Source: an uncultured archaeon
GTDB taxonomy: Archaea; Asgardarchaeota; Lokiarchaeia; Sigyniarchaeales; Promethearchaeaceae
Assembly: GCA_964426185.1 (NCBI GenBank)
Contig: CAYRPF010000039.1
Span: 14,501-28,720, forward strand
Reading direction: 5' to 3'
DNA: 14,220 bases
Positions within the stretch are counted from its first letter, which is position 1; every line of letters begins with the position of its first letter. The translations under genes were made by a program, and so were the position numbers. The notes under the pieces were generated by a model that worked only from the letters and a program-made list of their open reading frames with translations, did not search any database and was not told the DNA's origin. Of the stretch, positions 9,007-14,220 are shown one piece after another.

Positions 9007-9026
9007 CAAAAATCTTGAAAAAATAA
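9007..9026 (-). terminator. Oligo-T terminator of the tRNA
   Basis: TTATTTTTTCAAGATTTTTG directly follows CCA on the minus strand. Confidence 0.5.
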
Positions 9027-9137
9027 TGGCGGGCTATGAGGGATTCGAACCCCCGGCTTGCGGGTTTCATTCAGCCGCCCCCAGCTTGCGGGAGTCTGTT
9101 AAAAGCCCGACACGCTACCTGGCTGCGTCAATAGCCC
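9027..9137 (-). tRNA. tRNA-Lys(UUU) with a 34-nt intron at 37/38 (9066-9099) and encoded CCA
   Basis: Folded by hand: acceptor GGGCTAT/ATAGCCC, D stem ACGC/GCGT, anticodon stem TCGGG/CCCGC (27:43 mismatch), loop CT-TTT-A^A, T arm GGGGG-TTCGAAT-CCCTC, then G73 and CCA; 77 nt mature, with a BHB-like junction. Confidence 0.93.
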
Positions 9138-9160
9138 TTTGTTAAGTCCCTTTGTTAAGT
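9135..9160. repeat. 13-bp perfect tandem repeat CCCTTTGTTAAGT x2 overlapping the tRNA 5' end
   Basis: 9135-9147 is identical to 9148-9160; an inverted copy ACTTAACAA lies at 9181-9189. Confidence 0.85.
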
Positions 9161-9249
9161 TTGATTTTTACAAAATCGCTACTTAACAAGAGATACAATA
9201 GGCGGAACAATAAAAATTTTTTGGCAAATATGGAAAAGTTTAAAGGACA

Positions 9250-9486
9250 TCAGTTTAATTCATGCAAGTCTTGCAATTTTGTGTATTTTTTGCTCATTGC
9301 CAAAAAAAGGAGTTTTAATAGATTGACAACAGATTTGCGTCCAATCAGCAATCTCGGCATTTTCTGGATCCCGTAGGAAATATAATCCATCATAACATCC
9401 TCGGTTTGAAGATTCCTCGTTAGTAACAAGGGGTAGCCTTTTTCATCCAGATCAACCCACTGGGAAAACAATCTCCCAGTAATCAT
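9250..9486 (-). other. Small ORF or decayed gene fragment of unknown function
   Basis: 78-aa ORF in the same frame as pucR; no family motif recognised; another minus frame also reads as protein-like. Confidence 0.25.
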
Positions 9487-9508
9487 CTCCCAGTAGGAGA
9501 CATCCTAC
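9459..9508. repeat. ATCTCCCAGTA direct repeat (9471-9481, 9485-9495) with overlapping inverted repeats
   Basis: ACTGGGA 9459-9465 pairs with TCCCAGT; TCTCC/GGAGA at 9486-9500; GTAGGA/TCCTAC at 9493-9508. Confidence 0.7.
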
Positions 9509-10659
9509 GTTTCTTCTAAATCTTCAAGAATAGATTTAACTTTAATTCCAATAGACACAATCTCAATGAATTTCAGATTGTTTTGCTCCAAATTTAGAAT
9601 TTTTTTGGCTTTAGATATACGATATCTGATGGTATTTTCATGTTGATCAAAATATTTTGCGGTTTTCTTAGTGTCACCATCAAATTCAATGAAAATTTCT
9701 AAGGTTTCTAACAGATCAGACTGATGATTGGATTGGAGGGGAACTATATATTTTTGAAAATATTCTTTTAATTTTTCAGGATTATTTATAGAAAGAAGCA
9801 ATCTATAGATATCTACATCAGAATATTGAATCACATTTGTATTTATTTCTTGAGAATACTCAAAAGCAGAGAGTGCTTCTTTAATACAATTCGCAAATGC
9901 ACTTTTATCTTGATAAATATTACTAATACCCATTTTAAAGTTAAGCCCATGCTTCAGTAGAATTTTTTTGATAAATAAATGTGCAGAATCGTAAATAATA
10001 CGGTCATCAAAATTAATGATCACCAACAAGCTACTTCTATATTTTGCAACTTGTAATTTATGATTGGTGCTCAGTTCTTTCCGAATATTTTTAAGAGTTT
10101 CTTCAAGATTTGATTCGTTTGTTAAAGGAGAAAGAAAAATACACACATAGTTTTTCCGGAAGCTTTTATTTATATTTGATGCAAATTCCAAGGTTTGTTT
10201 GCTTGGAAGGTCAGAATTTAGAAGTTGATCAATTTGCATTTCCAAAATAGTATCCGTTTTTTCTTGCAAAATAAGTTCCATGATTTTCATGATAATCTCA
10301 GCATAGGGTATGTCTTTATCTATTAATATCACAGGAAAATCGTTTTTATCCAATTTTTCTTTTATTTTTTCTGGAAGATCTTGAAAAAACTCATTAATCA
10401 GAATAACACCTGCACAATTGATTTCTAAATAAAAATCGAACCACTTTTCCAGCATCTTAGGATCATCTTTCACCAAATACAAACTGTTTATGAAAAGATC
10501 CCCGGGCATAGTTAAAGTTTCGTCATCGTTTTCATCATCTAAAGGGCAATCCATAAAATTAATTCTAGATATTTTTCGATTCAATCCATTCTTTCCAGTA
10601 AGAATTATTGCATCAGAAAATAAAGAAAGTTGTAAAACATCTTTGATTGTAACTGTCAT
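9505..10659 (-). CDS. PucR/CdaR-family transcriptional regulator
   Basis: N-terminal PucR domain (MTVTIKDVLQL...GKNGLNRKI...PGDLFI...FPVILI...IPYAEI), GGDEF-like middle (MGIS) and C-terminal HTH (LLETLEIFI...TAKYFDQHENTIRYRISK). The ATG at 10659 is preferred over the GTG at 10671. Confidence 0.92.
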   Translation of the reverse strand: MTVTIKDVLQLSLFSDAIILTGKNGLNRKISRINFMDCPLDDENDDETLTMPGDLFINSLYLVKDDPKMLEKWFDFYLEINCAGVILINEFFQDLPEKIKEKLDKNDFPVILIDKDIPYAEIIMKIMELILQEKTDTILEMQIDQLLNSDLPSKQTLEFASNINKSFRKNYVCIFLSPLTNESNLEETLKNIRKELSTNHKLQVAKYRSSLLVIINFDDRIIYDSAHLFIKKILLKHGLNFKMGISNIYQDKSAFANCIKEALSAFEYSQEINTNVIQYSDVDIYRLLLSINNPEKLKEYFQKYIVPLQSNHQSDLLETLEIFIEFDGDTKKTAKYFDQHENTIRYRISKAKKILNLEQNNLKFIEIVSIGIKVKSILEDLEET

Positions 10660-10753
10660 TAACCTCTTCACAAATTATACTAAAAATCATTAAAAACTTT
10701 AAATTTTCTTAGCTAAATAAAAGATAGAAATGGTGGTTATAAATTTTTTGATA

Positions 10754-10817
10754 TTTTTGTATTTATTACAAAAAAATGTTCTATTTTTTATTGAAATATA
10801 TTTGTAATTTTAACAAA
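10754..10817. promoter_or_regulatory. Two TTTGT-N7-ACAAA palindromes, candidate PucR-family operators
   Basis: TTTGT-ATTTATT-ACAAA at 10756-10772 (extends to 10754-10774) and TTTGT-AATTTTA-ACAAA at 10801-10817. Confidence 0.6.
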
Positions 10818-10820
10818 ACA

Positions 10821-10828
10821 TTTAAATA
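10821..10828 (+). promoter_or_regulatory. Putative TATA box of the dpp operon
   Basis: TTTAAATA preceded by an A-rich BRE-like stretch; SD-like GTGAGGA precedes the ATG at 10894. Confidence 0.45.
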
Positions 10829-10893
10829 CTAAAATGAGAAAATATTAGTAAATGTATTTTTAATACATTTTGTTTTGAGGATTGTGAGGAAGC

Positions 10894-12468
10894 ATGAAAA
10901 GAAAATCAGTTTCAATTATTATAATTTCTCTAGTTGTTATTGCTGGAACCGCTACGGGAATAATCTTATGGGGTAATCCAAAAACTGGGGAAGATCTAAA
11001 TATCGCATATTATGCTTATTCGTCCGAGCCAATTCTAAATTGGGACCCAAGCATATGTTATTCTAATGGTATAATTGTTTTGAATAATGTCTATGAAACT
11101 TTATTGAGATATGATCCATATGCAGAAGAGTTTGAGAATGTATTGGCAACGAATTATACCGTAAGTGATGACGGATTGTCTTGGAATTTTACACTACGTG
11201 AAAATGTAAAATTTCATGATGGAACACCATTTAATGCATCAGCAGTTAAATATTCCATTGAGAGAACCCTGGATCTTGATCAAGGTGCCGCTTTTATTTG
11301 GTATGCTGTAGAAAACATTACTGTACTTGATGATTATTTAGTCCAATTTAACTTATTTTATCCTACTGCATTGGATTTAATCACAGCTTGTCCGTACGCT
11401 GCCTTTATAATGTCTCCTTCTGCGATTCAAAGCGAAACTTGGTTTGATAATGGAAACGAGTGTGGAACAGGTCCATATCAATTGGTAAGTACCATACCAG
11501 GTGATACTGTAGTTTTATCAAAATTTGATGATTATTGGGGAGGATGGGAAGATAATCAATTTGATAAAGTCATTATAAAAAAACATTCTGAAACTTCTGT
11601 TCGACGTTCTCTGGTAGAAAGTGGTGAAGCGGATATTGTAGGGTGGCTGCCGCCTTCAGATATCAATGCCTTGAAAGAAGTAGATAATGTTACTGTATCA
11701 GAAAATTTGGGGTTAGTCAATATGTTCGCTCACTTCAATACACAAGTCGAACCTCTAAATAATACTAAAGTTAGACAAGCCTTGGCATATATGTTTCCTT
11801 ACCAAGATGTAGTGAATAATGCCGCTGGAGGCTATGCAGTTCAATCGACTGGAGTTATTCCTGCAAGATTATGGGGGCATAACGATAGTCTATTCCAATA
11901 TAGTTATAATAAAACGAAAGCGTTAGAACTTTTTAGCGAAGCTGAAGTAGATCATGAGGGATTGACTTTAGAATTAACATATACCAGCGGAGATGAAGCA
12001 CAAAGAATTACTGCAGAATTATATCAAGCCAGACTTGCAGAAATTGGAATAACACTCTCAATTACAGGATTACCATGGACTAGTCAATGGGAAAAAGCAA
12101 AAAGTGCTAATCCGGAAGATCGACAGGATATATACATGATATATTGGTGGCCAGATCTTTCCAGTCCCTTCTCTTGGTTATATAACCAATATGTGGCTGA
12201 AGAAAATATTTTGTTTAATTTAGCTTATTACAATAATACAGAAGTTACGGATTTAATATATTGGGCAGATGAGGTAAGTGCACACAATAGGACTTTTGCT
12301 GCAGAAATATATAGTATGGCTCAAGAAATTATTATTGAAGAATCTCCTTCAATATTTATCTATGACCAAAAAGATATATATGTTCTAAGTGATACGTTCA
12401 AGGGATTTGATTATAATCCGTCCTACACAGATGTTATCTTTTTCTATGAATGTTATCGAGGAAAATAG
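10894..12468 (+). CDS. dppA: ABC transporter substrate-binding protein, family 5 (DppA/OppA-like)
   Basis: NVYETLL, SDDGLSWNFTLRENVKFHDGTPFNASAVKYS, GTGPY and PLNNTKVRQAL; N-terminal basic plus hydrophobic anchor with no lipobox Cys. Confidence 0.93.
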   Translation: MKRKSVSIIIISLVVIAGTATGIILWGNPKTGEDLNIAYYAYSSEPILNWDPSICYSNGIIVLNNVYETLLRYDPYAEEFENVLATNYTVSDDGLSWNFTLRENVKFHDGTPFNASAVKYSIERTLDLDQGAAFIWYAVENITVLDDYLVQFNLFYPTALDLITACPYAAFIMSPSAIQSETWFDNGNECGTGPYQLVSTIPGDTVVLSKFDDYWGGWEDNQFDKVIIKKHSETSVRRSLVESGEADIVGWLPPSDINALKEVDNVTVSENLGLVNMFAHFNTQVEPLNNTKVRQALAYMFPYQDVVNNAAGGYAVQSTGVIPARLWGHNDSLFQYSYNKTKALELFSEAEVDHEGLTLELTYTSGDEAQRITAELYQARLAEIGITLSITGLPWTSQWEKAKSANPEDRQDIYMIYWWPDLSSPFSWLYNQYVAEENILFNLAYYNNTEVTDLIYWADEVSAHNRTFAAEIYSMAQEIIIEESPSIFIYDQKDIYVLSDTFKGFDYNPSYTDVIFFYECYRGK

Positions 12469-12480
12469 TAATTTAGTTAT

Positions 12481-12511
12481 TCTTTCTCCTCCTTTTTTTA
12501 ATTTTAATTTT
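12481..12511 (+). terminator. T-rich putative internal terminator after dppA
   Basis: TCTTTCTCCTCCTTTTTTTAATTTTAATTTT downstream of the stop at 12468. Confidence 0.35.
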
Positions 12512-12605
12512 AAAAAATAGAAAATTATAATTCAAAATGCACTTTAAATCCAAATACATATGAAAGGAGACAAATTTTAAGATTATTACAAATGGAAGTG
12601 AAAAC

Positions 12606-13625
12606 TTGAGTAATTTACTAAATTATATTATTAAACGACTCTTATTAGGGATTGTTGTATTGATTGGTGCTATAACGATCACTTTTTTTTTGTCAAGAGT
12701 CCTGCCGTCTGATCCGGCAGCGATGTGGGTTGGACCCCGTGCAACGCCCGAACAAATTGCGCAAGCTTCTGAAGATTTAGGATTAAATAGACCATTAATC
12801 ATTCAATATTTCATTTTTATTAAGAATTTAATTCACGGGGATTTAGGAAGATCCTTACGAACAAGACAACCAATATCAAGTGAACTGGCAGAATATCTTC
12901 CACCAACTCTCGAATTAGTTTTTATAGCAACCTTTTTAGCAATAATTATCGGAATTCCTTTAGGTTTAATCTCTGCTCAAAAAAAAGACAAAACACTTGA
13001 TCATGCGTCTCGGATTTTTTCTGTTGGTGCAGTATCCTTACCCACTTTTTGGATTGGAATGTTCCTTCAACTTATCTTCTATCGTTGGCTCTCTTTTTTA
13101 CCATTAGGAGGTCAACTTGATATAAAAACTCAATTCTATTATGAAATACCTGATAAAACAGGTTTCTTAATATTAGATTGTTTAATAACGGGGAATTTTA
13201 TGGTGTTAAAAGATGCCATTTTACACATGATTTTACCAACTATCGCAATTTCACTTTATCCTATTGGTTTAGTTGCACGTATGACACGATCTGCATTAGT
13301 AGAAATTTTAAGTGAAGATTATATTACAGCGGCTCGATCTTACGGCATTAAGGAGAGAGTTGTGCTTTGGCATTATGCTTTGAAGAATTCTCTCGGAACT
13401 ACGATGACTGTATTAACGTTATGTATTGGGTATACTTTAGTGAGCACCTTTTTAGTTGAAGCAATTTTTAGTTGGCCTGGAATTGGGATGTATATTTCCA
13501 CAGCAGTGCTAACTCTGGATTATCCTGCAATTATAGGAGTCACAATATTTTCTGCAATAAGCTATATCATTTTGAATTTAGTTGCGGATATTATCATTGC
13601 ATTGGATCCCCGGGTAAGAATGTAA
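12606..13625 (+). CDS. dppB: Peptide/nickel ABC transporter permease (DppB-like)
   Basis: YIIKRLL...LPSDPA, GLNRPLIIQY, GDLGRS, EAA loop ARMTRS...EDYITAARSYG, VEAIFSWPGIG; TTG start. Confidence 0.93.
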   Translation: MSNLLNYIIKRLLLGIVVLIGAITITFFLSRVLPSDPAAMWVGPRATPEQIAQASEDLGLNRPLIIQYFIFIKNLIHGDLGRSLRTRQPISSELAEYLPPTLELVFIATFLAIIIGIPLGLISAQKKDKTLDHASRIFSVGAVSLPTFWIGMFLQLIFYRWLSFLPLGGQLDIKTQFYYEIPDKTGFLILDCLITGNFMVLKDAILHMILPTIAISLYPIGLVARMTRSALVEILSEDYITAARSYGIKERVVLWHYALKNSLGTTMTVLTLCIGYTLVSTFLVEAIFSWPGIGMYISTAVLTLDYPAIIGVTIFSAISYIILNLVADIIIALDPRVRM

Positions 13626-13665
13626 AGAAGATATAAAAGGATGATATAAAGAGGATGAAAAAAAT

Positions 13666-14220
13666 ATGAAAGTAAACGATATGAAAACTGAAGTAAAAGA
13701 ATCAATGGCAAAAAGTCATTTAACCAAAATTCTCAAAGCGAAATTAGAATTATTAAGAGAATCCTTTTATCTGCTTACTCGCAATAATCTGACAAGAATT
13801 ACACTGTATGGTATATTATTTTTATTTTTAATCGCGATTATTGTTCCGATCATAATTCCTTATGAGCAAATTCAGCAAGATACAAATAGTTTAGAAAAAT
13901 TTTTGGCCCCTTCTTGGCAATATCTTTTCGGAACTGATGAACTAGGTCGTGATATCTTTAAAAGGGTATTATATGGAACTCAATTATCTATAAAAACAGC
14001 TTTGGTTTCGGTTTTGCTTGCTTTATTAATTGGAGTGCCTTTAGGAGCAATTGCAGGATACTTTGGAGGATTTGTGGATGAACTTATTATGCGTTTCACG
14101 GATATCTTTCTTAGTTTTCCTCCATTGTTATTGGCAATAGCTATCGCTGCTTTTCTAGGACCCAGTCTTCAAAATGCTATGTTAGCTATTACAATATCAT
14201 GGTGGCCATGGTATACGCGC
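13666..14220 (+). CDS. dppC: Peptide/nickel ABC transporter permease (DppC-like), truncated by the window end; absent from the ORF track
   Basis: Hand translation gives MKVNDMKTEV...APSWQYLFGTDELGRDIFKRVLYG...GAIAGYFGGFVDELIMRFTDIFLSFPPLLLAI...ISWWPWYTR; alternative start at 13681. Confidence 0.92.
   Translation, partial: MKVNDMKTEVKESMAKSHLTKILKAKLELLRESFYLLTRNNLTRITLYGILFLFLIAIIVPIIIPYEQIQQDTNSLEKFLAPSWQYLFGTDELGRDIFKRVLYGTQLSIKTALVSVLLALLIGVPLGAIAGYFGGFVDELIMRFTDIFLSFPPLLLAIAIAAFLGPSLQNAMLAITISWWPWYTR

Noticed and set aside
5516-9060. attL/attR duplicate of the tRNA 3' end, or an integrase gene
   Set aside because: No second copy of TGGCGGGCTATGAGGG and no recombinase ORF were found by eye.
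9027-9137. tRNA-Sec/Pyl or a long-variable-arm tRNA suggested by the 111-nt length
   Set aside because: It folds as a standard 77-nt tRNA with a UUU anticodon once the 34-nt intron is removed; the TTCA at 9066-9073 lies in the intron and on the opposite strand.
9152-9376. 74-aa plus-strand ORF
   Set aside because: Starts inside the tandem repeat and runs over the tRNA promoter region; no motif.
10490-10693. 67-aa plus-strand ORF
   Set aside because: Antisense shadow of pucR.

Overview
AT-rich archaeal chromosomal window. Evidence: prefoldin beta, an intron-containing tRNA and TATA-type promoters. An Asgard/Lokiarchaeia-like origin is my inference and is untested. Left to right: a CaiB/BaiF (AMACR-like) CoA-transferase divergent from a pfdB - DHH phosphoesterase - fused EcfA/A' - ecfT operon; a divergent S8 protease with five 23-aa Ca-binding repeats, whose membrane-anchor N-terminus is separated from its ATG by a 1-nt frameshift in an A7 run; a convergent UPF0175/PIN toxin-antitoxin pair; a tRNA-Lys(UUU) with a 34-nt intron carrying a near-perfect copy of its own 3' exon; and a bacterial-type PucR regulator divergent from a dppABC-type ABC transporter (dppC cut by the window end) with paired palindromic operators. 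Several intergenic regions carry short tandem duplications, often with an inverted copy nearby. No CRISPR array, integrase or IS was seen.
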